Virus record (IMG/VR): IMGVR_UViG_3300049483_000112
Span: 3,464-67,463 of that record
DNA length: 64,000 bases
Strand: one strand, 5' to 3'
DNA from: a virus
Below the pieces are notes generated by a model. It ran no database searches. It saw only the letters and a list, made by a program, of their open reading frames with translations, and was not told the DNA's origin. Below, one piece after another: positions 1 through 8,993 of the stretch (the stretch's first letter is position 1; each line of letters starts with the position of its first letter). The position numbers and the translations under genes were made by a program.

Positions 1-209
1 TTCGGCCTGACCGCGGTTGCTCCCCCAGACGAGGCATTGATCGCGTCAACCAGGCGCTGGCGCGCGACAAGGTCTTGCGCAAGCAACATGTCGAGCTCGG
101 CCTGCGTCACGTCGCGGTTCTGTGCTTTGGCCAGTTGGATGATGGACGAGATCTGCGCGGCGCGGTCGATCACGCCGAGCAGCAGGGTCACCAGTGCTGC
201 TGAATTCAT
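1..209 (-). CDS. Partial small protein in lysis region (runs off window)
   Basis: ATG at 209 overlaps the upstream TGA (ATGA). Manual translation MNSAALVTLLLGVIDRAAQISSIIQLAKAQNRDVTQAELD... has no stop before base 1. Confidence 0.6.
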   Translation of the reverse strand, partial: MNSAALVTLLLGVIDRAAQISSIIQLAKAQNRDVTQAELDMLLAQDLVARQRLVDAINASSGGATAVRP

Positions 210-625
210 TTTTTCGCTCCTTGTTTCGTTGCGAGGTATGTCTGCAGCGCGGTCAGCACCGCAACGGTAGACGACAGTCTTGCGTTTGCGGCGCTCGCTT
301 GACATGTCGGGTCAGGCGATCCGGTGCCAGGAACTACAGGGCACTCCCTCGAGTACATCTGACCGGCCAGGACGATTCCCTCGCGCGCTGCGTCGGTCTG
401 CATCAGCACGTTGCGCGCATCTTCGTTGCTGATGACGCCGCCCATGAGCAGATCCGCCGCGCTGTTGCGCACCTGTGCAACGGTGCCGATGGCCGCCGCC
501 GCTCGCTTGTTGAACGTGTCGAAGTCCGAGGTTGTGGACAGGCCAAGCCATGCGCAGCCTTGCAGCAGCACTGCAATCGCGAACAGCAGCGGTGCGAAGT
601 GGTTTCTGTGGATCGGTAATTTCAT
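206..625 (-). CDS. Lipoprotein, possible spanin-like lysis accessory
   Basis: Hydrophobic signal ending LLQG-C (lipobox), AGGAG RBS before the ATG at 625, located after holin-like genes. Confidence 0.55.
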   Translation of the reverse strand: MKLPIHRNHFAPLLFAIAVLLQGCAWLGLSTTSDFDTFNKRAAAAIGTVAQVRNSAADLLMGGVISNEDARNVLMQTDAAREGIVLAGQMYSRECPVVPGTGSPDPTCQASAANARLSSTVAVLTALQTYLATKQGAKK

Positions 626-635
626 CTGGGCTCTC

Positions 636-1115
636 CTACGGTCGTGTGATGTCAATCACGGGTGATGCCGGCTGCGCCGGCGGGGATGCCATAGCCGCTC
701 CTGGCTTCAGCGCGTCAACAGCCTGCCGCACCGCCGCAAGCCGCTCATTGAACCTCGCGTCAATCAGGTCGATGAGTTGATCGCGTCTGATTGTCGATGC
801 GATCGTTGGCGGCGGTACCGTCACCACTCTCGCCGTAACGTCAGGTTGCCCAGCGGCTATCGGTTGCGCCGCCGCTGCATTGATGAGCTCAACCTTTTGC
901 TCAGTGGTCGCGGTGATTTCCTGCTTGATCAACTTGGCCGGGACGATCAGGAAACCGAGCACCGCATTGACCGCAAGCACCTGCGTTGGGGATAGAAGGT
1001 GGATGTCGCTGAAGGTGTTCATCATCAGCATGAGCGCGTCGAAACTGCCGATGAACACTCCGAGCAGCATGGTGTAGGTCTTGAAGTGGCGGCCTGGGGC
1101 TGGTACGAGTTGCAC
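636..1115 (-). CDS. Putative holin (2 TM segments)
   Basis: Two N-terminal hydrophobic helices; downstream of tail genes. Confidence 0.45.
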   Translation of the reverse strand: MQLVPAPGRHFKTYTMLLGVFIGSFDALMLMMNTFSDIHLLSPTQVLAVNAVLGFLIVPAKLIKQEITATTEQKVELINAAAAQPIAAGQPDVTARVVTVPPPTIASTIRRDQLIDLIDARFNERLAAVRQAVDALKPGAAMASPPAQPASPVIDITRP

Positions 1116-1124
1116 GGTTCACTC

Positions 1125-1382
1125 CTACTGGTTTGGGTCAAATGATGACAGGAAAGCTTCCACAAGTGCGGTCTCGTGCGGCGTCATATCGCGCCACGCA
1201 CACGCCTTTTCGCGAACCATCGCCACAAGCACCTCGGGAGCGTAGTCGATGCCGTCCAAGTGCAACGCCTCCATGCCCTTGATTGCCGGCGGGCTGGTCA
1301 AGTCTTTGCACGCTCCATCCAACATCACCCCGCCCTTATTCGTGTCCCAAAAGACGCGCTTGAGGTAGAGGTAGATGCTCAT
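1125..1382 (-). CDS. Hypothetical protein
   Basis: ATGA-coupled ORF in the late operon. Confidence 0.55.
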   Translation of the reverse strand: MSIYLYLKRVFWDTNKGGVMLDGACKDLTSPPAIKGMEALHLDGIDYAPEVLVAMVREKACAWRDMTPHETALVEAFLSSFDPNQ

Positions 1383-1798
1383 CGACGATCCGTCGTCATG
1401 TGCGCCGTCACGAGCCGCCGCACTTCGGACACCTCTTGCCGAAGATCTCTGATGCTCTGTTTGATCTCAACATCCGCGTCCTGTCGCTCGCTCGTGCGCA
1501 TGTTCTGCTTGTCTTCCAACGACTTCACGCGCTCGCGCAGCAGAGCAATTTCGGTGTTCACGCTGGCCCCGATCAATTCAAGAGCGGCTCGGCTTTGCTG
1601 CTGATTAGCGTCAACCGTGTGAGCGAGCGACTGGAACGCCCAGACGCCAGCAAGCACCGCGCCCGCTATCGAGATCAGGTGCGACAGATTGATTGTCCAG
1701 TCGACGCGCGGCCACCTCGCCCTCGCCCGATGATCAGCGAGCGGCGCGGTGTCGTCCGGCGTTTCGGTATCGGCCCACTCTTCGCGCTTTGTCTCCAT
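1379..1798 (-). CDS. Single-TM coiled-coil membrane protein (holin/antiholin-like)
   Basis: INLSHLISIAGAVLAGVWAF helix followed by coiled coil; GAGG RBS before METKRE. Confidence 0.55.
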   Translation of the reverse strand: METKREEWADTETPDDTAPLADHRARARWPRVDWTINLSHLISIAGAVLAGVWAFQSLAHTVDANQQQSRAALELIGASVNTEIALLRERVKSLEDKQNMRTSERQDADVEIKQSIRDLRQEVSEVRRLVTAHMTTDRR

Positions 1799-1874
1799 CG
1801 CCACCTCGCATTTGGCGCGCAGCATTGATGTGCAGCGCACGCATTGTCGCAATTTGAGGTGAAGAAAAGAGCGC

Positions 1875-2267
1875 CTACGGCAGCCTGAGTGAAACCCAAC
1901 TCACCTTCCAACCGGACACCTTCGCGGTGGGGGCGAGTCCTGTCACTGCGGCCGATCCTGACGGCGGGGTGATGAAGCGCGTCCCACCACTTGACGGCAC
2001 CGCGGTTGGCGCAAGTCCGTTCATCGATAGGCTGCCAACGCCTGGCGAGAACACCGGGTTGTTGCGCAGCAGTGTCGGCGCCTTGCCGACTGCGGCCAGT
2101 GAACCCGTCGCCGGTGAGAAGATCGGGCTCGAGTCGTTGACCCAATACACCGGCAGCCCGGCATCATTCACCCATACGACGACCCCGCCGTTGTCGGCGA
2201 CCCATTGCACGCCTTGCACCACGACCGGCGCCGCGACACCATAAACGCGAGCTTGGCGCTCTGGCAT
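1875..2267 (-). CDS. Small protein carrying three copies of the fibre repeat of 24941..28507
   Basis: SPATGSLAAVGKAPT, SPGVGSLSMNGLAPT, TPPSGSAAVTGLAPT; C-terminal GWKVSWVSL resembles GWFVSWTQF. Confidence 0.65.
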   Translation of the reverse strand: MPERQARVYGVAAPVVVQGVQWVADNGGVVVWVNDAGLPVYWVNDSSPIFSPATGSLAAVGKAPTLLRNNPVFSPGVGSLSMNGLAPTAVPSSGGTRFITPPSGSAAVTGLAPTAKVSGWKVSWVSLRLP

Positions 2268-2288
2268 TGGAGTCTCACGCGGCGGCGC

Positions 2289-3983
2289 TCACTTGGCGCC
2301 GCGTGCCATAAGGTCTGACCACAGATACTGCACTGCCGCCACAAGCTCCGGAATGAGTTTCGACAGGTTCACGCTTTGCGGCAATACATTCACCTCGACG
2401 CATCGCTCAGACCCGTCTTGGTTGCGAACCTCTCTCCGCTCCATCGCGTCTTTCTCGCCATGGACGGCATCCGGTTTGACTGCTTGCAACTCGTGGGCAA
2501 CGAAGCCGATGTCTTTCACGCCATCTGCGGCCCACTCAAACTTTCGCACTGGCCATGATAGGACCGCTTCAAGCGCCTTTTTGCCGTCTGCGTCCTTGAT
2601 GTTTTTCTTCAGTCGATAGTCGGACACGTTGTTGAATGCCCCTGTGGATCCGTTGGTGGTGATAGTCCACACCTGCCCGTTCCCGTTATACCCGGCGGCA
2701 GCGGTGGTCAAGCCAGTTCCGCTGTTGACGATGTCGATGCGGCCGGTTGCTCCGCCTTCGATATTCACACCAGGGGTCGTCGTGTCGTTGGCAATCTTGT
2801 TGAAGAACACGCCGAGCGACAGGTTGTTGAAATAGGCCAATACGTCTCCGCTGATGGCCATTCTGGTCGCAAGCGCCGACCCATACGTCTTGACGCCGTA
2901 CTCGCCCTGCGCCCCCACTTGCTTCGCGTATGCGCTCGCGCATTGGCGCAATCCTGTGTCGGCCCAATAGTTCAGCGCCGGCTGAGCGCCGGCAGCCTTG
3001 TTGACAAGATTCACCTCCAACCCGTCAGACAGGCGGGCGATACCGGCCTCGTATTGCATGAGGCAGTTTTGGCCAGGCATACCGCTGTTGTCGACCCAGA
3101 CTGGTGATGTCGCATAGAACGCGCCGTAAAGGACGTTCCCAATCGTGCCGGCCTCAAGCACCCCCTGCCCAGCGCCGTTTGCTTCGATGTCCCCGCCAAT
3201 AACCGTGACGCCCCTGGCCGCACCCATGATTCTGATGCCGTACCCGGTGGCGCTTTGGCATAGCGGGCCATCGATGGTCACCCACATGCACTGCTCTATG
3301 CGTAGATTGTCGCCGCCGTTGCGGAGTAGATCCGGCTTGACAATAAGCCCTGCGTTGGCATCTACCACACCGCTTCCGTCGTGCACGTGGATGCCGTGAG
3401 ACTCGTTGTCGTATGCGCTAACGTGCTCAAGCACAAACGCGTTCGTATTAGCGGCGCCGTCAGACCCAACCCTGAAGCCGCACTGACCTGAGTTCGTCGA
3501 TGTCACATAGACGCAGGCCGTCCTTGAGCCGGTCATCTGGATGTTGTTGCCTGTTTTCCCTGCCGTACTGTCGACCTGAAGGTCAATGAGCCCGCTGTCG
3601 TCGTTTGATAGCAGCACGCCAACGCCATTGAAGTCCTTCAGCAGCACGCTGCGAGCTCGCGCGCCACTATCCGAACTTGACGTTTGCCCGACGCCGCGCA
3701 GTTTGACTGCGCGCGCGGGAGTGAATGGGCCGTTCCCAAGCCTGAACACCCCAATGCACAACGGCATGCGGCCAGCCGAGACGGCGGCCGAGACTGCAGC
3801 CTCGAATTCGGTCTGCGTGTTTGTCGCGCCTGTTGCGTCGACTCCTGGGTATGCAGCGATGGACAGCATCCCCTGATATTGCGCGTACAGGTTCAATCTC
3901 TGCACAGCCTCGAGCAGTTGGGCTCGCGCGGTGCGCGGGCTATCTGAGCCAGAGTCTAGGTTTGTTGTGACGATGTCTGCCAT
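2289..3983 (-). CDS. Tail spike, beta-helix with C-terminal peptidase S74 intramolecular chaperone
   Basis: GVDATGAT start of a pectate-lyase-like domain; SDYRLKKNIKD...IGFVAHELQAV...LIPELVAAVQ S74 motifs. Confidence 0.85.
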   Translation of the reverse strand: MADIVTTNLDSGSDSPRTARAQLLEAVQRLNLYAQYQGMLSIAAYPGVDATGATNTQTEFEAAVSAAVSAGRMPLCIGVFRLGNGPFTPARAVKLRGVGQTSSSDSGARARSVLLKDFNGVGVLLSNDDSGLIDLQVDSTAGKTGNNIQMTGSRTACVYVTSTNSGQCGFRVGSDGAANTNAFVLEHVSAYDNESHGIHVHDGSGVVDANAGLIVKPDLLRNGGDNLRIEQCMWVTIDGPLCQSATGYGIRIMGAARGVTVIGGDIEANGAGQGVLEAGTIGNVLYGAFYATSPVWVDNSGMPGQNCLMQYEAGIARLSDGLEVNLVNKAAGAQPALNYWADTGLRQCASAYAKQVGAQGEYGVKTYGSALATRMAISGDVLAYFNNLSLGVFFNKIANDTTTPGVNIEGGATGRIDIVNSGTGLTTAAAGYNGNGQVWTITTNGSTGAFNNVSDYRLKKNIKDADGKKALEAVLSWPVRKFEWAADGVKDIGFVAHELQAVKPDAVHGEKDAMERREVRNQDGSERCVEVNVLPQSVNLSKLIPELVAAVQYLWSDLMARGAK

Positions 3984-3991
3984 GTGTCCCC

Positions 3992-6900
3992 CTATGATCG
4001 CACCACAACCGATGCTGATGACAGCACCGGGAACGAGCCTGTCACGACCCATCTGAACTTGAAGAACCTACCTGTCACGTAGGTGATCGGAATCAGCGAC
4101 CAGCCGGCCAGGAACACGCCGTCCGAGCTTGCCTTGTACTGCGCCTGCACGGTTCCAGTAGCCGCGTGCTCCTCTGTGATTTTGACGGCTAGCACCGACC
4201 CAAGATCAATGGCCGGATGTTCATAAGAGATCTCGCCGTATGACGGGCCGTCCCAACTGTCCCACGCGTCCCATGTGTCCGGGATTGTGTCCCACGTCAA
4301 GGTGCCTATGTCTGCAATGACGCCCCCCACAATGACGCCGTTGACGATTGCCCCAGGCCAGCCCAGGGCGCCAATGTCGAACGCAGCCTCACCGGATAGA
4401 ACGCGCTCCATCAGTGGGGTCAGGGCAGCCTGGAAGTCTTCTATCACGCACACCCCCTCAAGCGTCTGCGCGTAGATAGGCCACGTGTACGTTTCCCCGG
4501 CGGCAACTTCAATCGAGCGAGAGTAGCCTATTGGGGTGACCGTGTGGACTGATATCCCCGTCGTTGGGACGAAGGTGGTGTTTTGGATCGCATATTCGCC
4601 GGCGTCCACTACGCCGTCGGCATTCCAGTCGACAGCAACGTTAACGACGGCCGCGTACTTGTCCGAGAAGACCGACGGCGACCCATCGAACACGGCCGTG
4701 CCAGAGATGACTAACACTCCTGTTGCATTGAATTGAGCCGTGAATCGAATCGTTCCGAGCAATGACCAGTGCAGCCCGCTATAGGTAGACGACGCCCCAC
4801 TGTGCCGTAATGACACGCCGTCCGCGACAACGGGCTCAACGAATTGCACGCGCCCTTGCCGCTTACCCATGAACACGCCGGTCACGAGATATGAGTACGG
4901 CTGTACCTCATCAAGCGTCTGGCGCGCTCCACCATAGACATTGAACGAGCACAACTTCACGAAGACGGTCTTGCCAAGCAAGCTCACATCTAGGGGGCCG
5001 GACTCGGCGATCGCGTCATCCATCCTGACGAATGGAGCGCCTACTTCGTGTTGCGTCACGTTGGTTTGATAAGCACCGCGCGCCAGCCCAGACAACGAAT
5101 AGGATAGGTTCCCGGTCAGCGTCGCTGTCGTGTAGGCGATGAACTCCTGATCGACGCCGCCGATGTAGCACAGCGTGCCGAGCACACCGCCGGTCCCGCT
5201 CACGCTTGATAGTTGCCCAGAGTGGATTCGAACCGGCAGCGTCCCGACATCGATAGGCCCAGTGGTCACGCCGTAGCGGCTGCCGCCGAAGATTTCGCCG
5301 AGCTTCACATAACTGTCGCCGTCGTACGAGGCCCAGACCTCGCACCCGCCCCATGCGGGCGTGAGCCCGCCGGTCGCTATGGCGATCGCCAGGCTCGTTG
5401 TGATGAGCTCGCCAGGCAACTCGAAGATGACTGGCGCGCGCGCATTGCCGGGACTTTCGTTGTAATTGGCAGCGAATCCAATGCCGGCCTGTCGCGGGTA
5501 GGCCGTTGCCGATGCAACCCCCAATGGGAAGTCTTCTGCGACGACGCTTAATTCGCCGTCCTCGGACTCCTCAGTCTTGATGATGCGCACCGGCAATCGT
5601 GAGTAAAGAACCGGGTCGGTCAATGTGACGAGGTCCATTGGCTCGAGCATCACCTTCGTCCACGGTAACTTGAACGAGTACTCGTTTCGGATGTACATAC
5701 TGCGCTGCAACAGCAGTTGCGCGACCGCGGCCGCAACAGCAGCCTTGCAGATCCAGTGGCATCGAATCACCGGCATGGTCCTGAGGCTATAGGCGTCAAT
5801 GCTCGCCTGATCCTTCACATCGCAGATCTCGATGTTGTACAGGTTGTCGCGGTTCAGATATTCGAGTTGAATGTGGTTGTAGCAATCGCTTTGCTGCTTG
5901 CGAGTCACCTTGATCGGGTCGGCCAGATCGATGAAGTCGTCATCAGTGAGGTCGTATTCCGGCGTCGTGTTGGCGACGAACGTCGCACCATTCGCTGATA
6001 GGTTCGCGTCACCGTAGGAGATCATCTTGAGGCGACCGCTGGACCACACGGGCCCGACGTTGGTAACCCTGCTGATGGTCGACACAAAGTCAGCCGCGGT
6101 CATCTGCTCGGTCAGGGCGGGCGAAAGCAAGATGCCTGAGGCAAGGCAATAGTTGCTCCACTCGGTCATATCGCCCAGCATGGCCGACGGCAGCGCCGCC
6201 CCGAAGCGATCATTCGTCAAGATGTCCTGCGTCAGCGTCGCAGGGTTGGCATCAGGTGTGGATGTGGAGATGCTGTACGCGAGTGGGCCCTGAACCTCGA
6301 ATGTGTGGTTATCGACTGCGGCGCCGCTGCCAAGGTCGTAGTTTTGCCCCGCAACATAGGCGATGCCGGAGTAGCCGACGGCCTGGTCTGGGAAGTCGGT
6401 AGACAAGACGGTCCACGGCGACTGCCCGATCTGCCCGTCAAAAAACGTCAGCCCCAGGTTGTCTAGTCCCGTGTTGCCGCTTGTGCCGGCAACCCACTGA
6501 TAGGTGATCTGTACGTCAGTCCCCGCCGCGCGAGAATTGGCCGGGAACGTATAGGTGCCGCCGTCTCGCGTGTAGTCGAACCCGTCTGTCATCCATTGCC
6601 AACTTGAGCCGCCATGCTCCGGGTTCGCCAGCCACGCATGGACACTCGCTGCAGCGGCGATGGTTGCGGCGTGGGCCACAACAACATCCCCGCCGCCGCC
6701 TGGCACTGAGAACGTCTCCGTTGCTGTGTTTGTGTCACCAGGGACGAATCCGCCGTCGTACAACTTCTTGCCGCGCCATGTCCTCGGCACACCACGAATT
6801 TGCCCTTCACAAAGCGCCATCGCAACGCTCGCGGTGTACGTGTAGGTCGTGCTCTGCGTCTTGACGGAACCACCCTTTCCGGCACTCGACTCGGTTGTGT

Positions 6901-7069
6901 GCGGTATGGCCTGAAACCCACCGTACCAAATCAGGTTGCCAGGAATTCGGTTGACGCCGTAGACGATCGGGATCGTCACCCCGTAGGCGCTCGACTGCAA
7001 TTTCAGCGCTTCGATCTTCGTTTCCGAAGTGCTGATGGTCTTGCCGCCGCCACCGATGAGCCCGCTCAT
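3992..7069 (-). CDS. Tail tip / central fibre protein (J-like, GTA-type)
   Basis: LQSSAYGVTIPIVYG N-terminus, LEPMDLVTL, LSGLARG motifs; follows NlpC/P60. Confidence 0.85.
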   Translation of the reverse strand: MSGLIGGGGKTISTSETKIEALKLQSSAYGVTIPIVYGVNRIPGNLIWYGGFQAIPHTTESSAGKGGSVKTQSTTYTYTASVAMALCEGQIRGVPRTWRGKKLYDGGFVPGDTNTATETFSVPGGGGDVVVAHAATIAAAASVHAWLANPEHGGSSWQWMTDGFDYTRDGGTYTFPANSRAAGTDVQITYQWVAGTSGNTGLDNLGLTFFDGQIGQSPWTVLSTDFPDQAVGYSGIAYVAGQNYDLGSGAAVDNHTFEVQGPLAYSISTSTPDANPATLTQDILTNDRFGAALPSAMLGDMTEWSNYCLASGILLSPALTEQMTAADFVSTISRVTNVGPVWSSGRLKMISYGDANLSANGATFVANTTPEYDLTDDDFIDLADPIKVTRKQQSDCYNHIQLEYLNRDNLYNIEICDVKDQASIDAYSLRTMPVIRCHWICKAAVAAAVAQLLLQRSMYIRNEYSFKLPWTKVMLEPMDLVTLTDPVLYSRLPVRIIKTEESEDGELSVVAEDFPLGVASATAYPRQAGIGFAANYNESPGNARAPVIFELPGELITTSLAIAIATGGLTPAWGGCEVWASYDGDSYVKLGEIFGGSRYGVTTGPIDVGTLPVRIHSGQLSSVSGTGGVLGTLCYIGGVDQEFIAYTTATLTGNLSYSLSGLARGAYQTNVTQHEVGAPFVRMDDAIAESGPLDVSLLGKTVFVKLCSFNVYGGARQTLDEVQPYSYLVTGVFMGKRQGRVQFVEPVVADGVSLRHSGASSTYSGLHWSLLGTIRFTAQFNATGVLVISGTAVFDGSPSVFSDKYAAVVNVAVDWNADGVVDAGEYAIQNTTFVPTTGISVHTVTPIGYSRSIEVAAGETYTWPIYAQTLEGVCVIEDFQAALTPLMERVLSGEAAFDIGALGWPGAIVNGVIVGGVIADIGTLTWDTIPDTWDAWDSWDGPSYGEISYEHPAIDLGSVLAVKITEEHAATGTVQAQYKASSDGVFLAGWSLIPITYVTGRFFKFRWVVTGSFPVLSSASVVVRS

Positions 7070-7512
7070 GGCCACAAACTCCAAAATTGCACAGCGCGGC
7101 GCCCGAGCGGTTCGTCGCGGTCTCGCGAGATGATGACGCCGCGGCCGACATATGCATGCAGCAGCAGCAGCCCGGCGTGATCATCTGCCGCGATGATGAT
7201 GGCGCCATGGGAGAAGCAGCGGCCGAACCGGTAGAGCGCCATGTCGCCAAGGCGGCCTTGATCGACTTTGTGAGCGTACTTCTGGACCCACCCGAGAAAG
7301 CGCTCCTCCTCACGGTGCATGTGCCAGTCTGGCGGATAGGGCCCGGTATCGATCGGCGGGATCAATCCGCACCCTGAATACACCCCAATGAGCAGTTGTG
7401 CGCAGTCAACGCCAGCGCCTTTGATGCGCGCGCCGTGATGAAAGGGGGTCTTCAGCCACGAGAGCGCCTCACTCTGCACCGCCAGCCGCTGTGCCGTCTC
7501 CTCGGTCATCAT
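7066..7512 (-). CDS. Tail-associated NlpC/P60 peptidase
   Basis: WLKTPFHHGARIKGAGVDCAQL, FSHGAII and LLHA catalytic C/H/H motifs. Confidence 0.9.
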   Translation of the reverse strand: MMTEETAQRLAVQSEALSWLKTPFHHGARIKGAGVDCAQLLIGVYSGCGLIPPIDTGPYPPDWHMHREEERFLGWVQKYAHKVDQGRLGDMALYRFGRCFSHGAIIIAADDHAGLLLLHAYVGRGVIISRDRDEPLGRRAVQFWSLWP

Positions 7513-8390
7513 GTGACCGTCTCCGGCACCGGGATGAACGGGAAGCCCCTGAAACGAGCCAGGTTGTTGAACTTGGCGGCGCACTGATCCTTCGTCTTGT
7601 TGCAGCCAGGGAATGCATTGAACGTATCCCCCGCTGCGACCGCGAATGGCCATGGGGAGATCACCGTCAACCGATAGGCGGCATGCGACTTCACTGTGCG
7701 TGAATGGCCAGCATTGGCGCCGGAGGTCATTGTCACGACCCCGAGATCAAAATACCCGTCTACACCCTGTAAAGCGGCGGCCAAGAACGAAGTCCTTGCT
7801 GCGTCCGTTGGGCCAGTCGCCGCCCCGCTCACACCGCGTCCGGCCCTGCTGATTCCGCACGCGCCGTCGTACAGCGTATTTCCACACCCGGCTTGGTAGA
7901 TGTTGCGCGGCACTCTGCTCGTCAGCAGATCAAGCATCGAGCGCACCGAAAACGTGGCTTCGTACCGATTGCAGTCAATGTCGCCTGGGCGGCCCGAGAA
8001 GAGCTCAACGGCGCCGACCCATGCCGAGGCCCTACTCGCCGCGAAAACGCGCTCCAGCGTGATCCTGGCATTGTCTAGCCCCCCTGCCGCGATGAACGAC
8101 ATCATCGGCACCCCGTTGACCGTCACCGTCGAATCGGCGGCCACCGTCATGCTCATCGTGTCAACGTCGACGCCGACCGTCAGTTTCGTCTTGCCGCGAG
8201 AGATCAGGGGGCCGATCGCCCAGGTGTTGCCGTTGGCTGTGATGTCCCGGTCAGCGCTCGTGTATCGCAGCGTCGTCCCGCTCGTCAGGGTGATGGTGAA
8301 CAGATCCTCCATGACCAGTTGGCCAGGGGACACGGAATTGAGCAGCGCGATGAGCGCGCCCGGCGATGTCTCCCACGACGGCTCGCGCAT
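7509..8390 (-). CDS. Baseplate hub / minor tail protein (DUF2163/BR0599-like)
   Basis: GCGNTLYDGACG ... PGCNKTKDQCAAKFNNLARFRGFPFIP four-Cys signature. Confidence 0.9.
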   Translation of the reverse strand: MREPSWETSPGALIALLNSVSPGQLVMEDLFTITLTSGTTLRYTSADRDITANGNTWAIGPLISRGKTKLTVGVDVDTMSMTVAADSTVTVNGVPMMSFIAAGGLDNARITLERVFAASRASAWVGAVELFSGRPGDIDCNRYEATFSVRSMLDLLTSRVPRNIYQAGCGNTLYDGACGISRAGRGVSGAATGPTDAARTSFLAAALQGVDGYFDLGVVTMTSGANAGHSRTVKSHAAYRLTVISPWPFAVAAGDTFNAFPGCNKTKDQCAAKFNNLARFRGFPFIPVPETVT

Positions 8391-8392
8391 GG

Positions 8393-8992
8393 TCACTCCT
8401 TCACCGTGATCATGCCCAGGTCCGCAAGCTCCCACAAGCCGACCATGAACTTGCTGAACTCTGCGCCGTCTTTGAGAAACCGGCACCGCCAATAGAACGA
8501 ACCGGTCCACGCGACGACCTTGCCGGCCGTCGGAGCGGTGACGAAGGTCACCAGCCCCGCGCTGTCGATGGTGTAGTGAGTCGTCAACGTCTGCAGCGAG
8601 CCGTCGACATAGATGGAAGGCGCGCCGTTGACGTCCCATACCGGCTCGAGGTAGCCGCCGAAGCTTCTGATCAGTTGGAAGGCTTGTGTCGAACCGTTTC
8701 CGACGCCGATCTGCTGCAGCGCCACGGTTGAGTCGTCTGCGTCCGTGTACAGAAAACTGTCGAACGATCCACCGCGGGAGTTGACGAACCCGAGCATCTG
8801 CGCGAGCTCGGTGTAGGCGCCGGCCTGGCGCAGCACCTCATAGCCGAACTTGTACTCGTAGCGCGGATAGCTCCAATTCTGCCGTCGGTACTCGCGCCCG
8901 CTGACCGAGGTCTTGATGGTCGTGCTGTGCACCGGCGCGCGGCTGAATGGCCAGCGCCGGCCAGGCAGGTCGGGTAGAACTTGGTTGCTCAC
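8393..8992 (-). CDS. Distal tail protein (DUF2460-like)
   Basis: SVSGREYRRQNW, GVGNGSTQAFQLIR, WTGSFYWRCRF; follows tape measure. Confidence 0.85.
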   Translation of the reverse strand: MSNQVLPDLPGRRWPFSRAPVHSTTIKTSVSGREYRRQNWSYPRYEYKFGYEVLRQAGAYTELAQMLGFVNSRGGSFDSFLYTDADDSTVALQQIGVGNGSTQAFQLIRSFGGYLEPVWDVNGAPSIYVDGSLQTLTTHYTIDSAGLVTFVTAPTAGKVVAWTGSFYWRCRFLKDGAEFSKFMVGLWELADLGMITVKE

Positions 8993-8993
8993 A

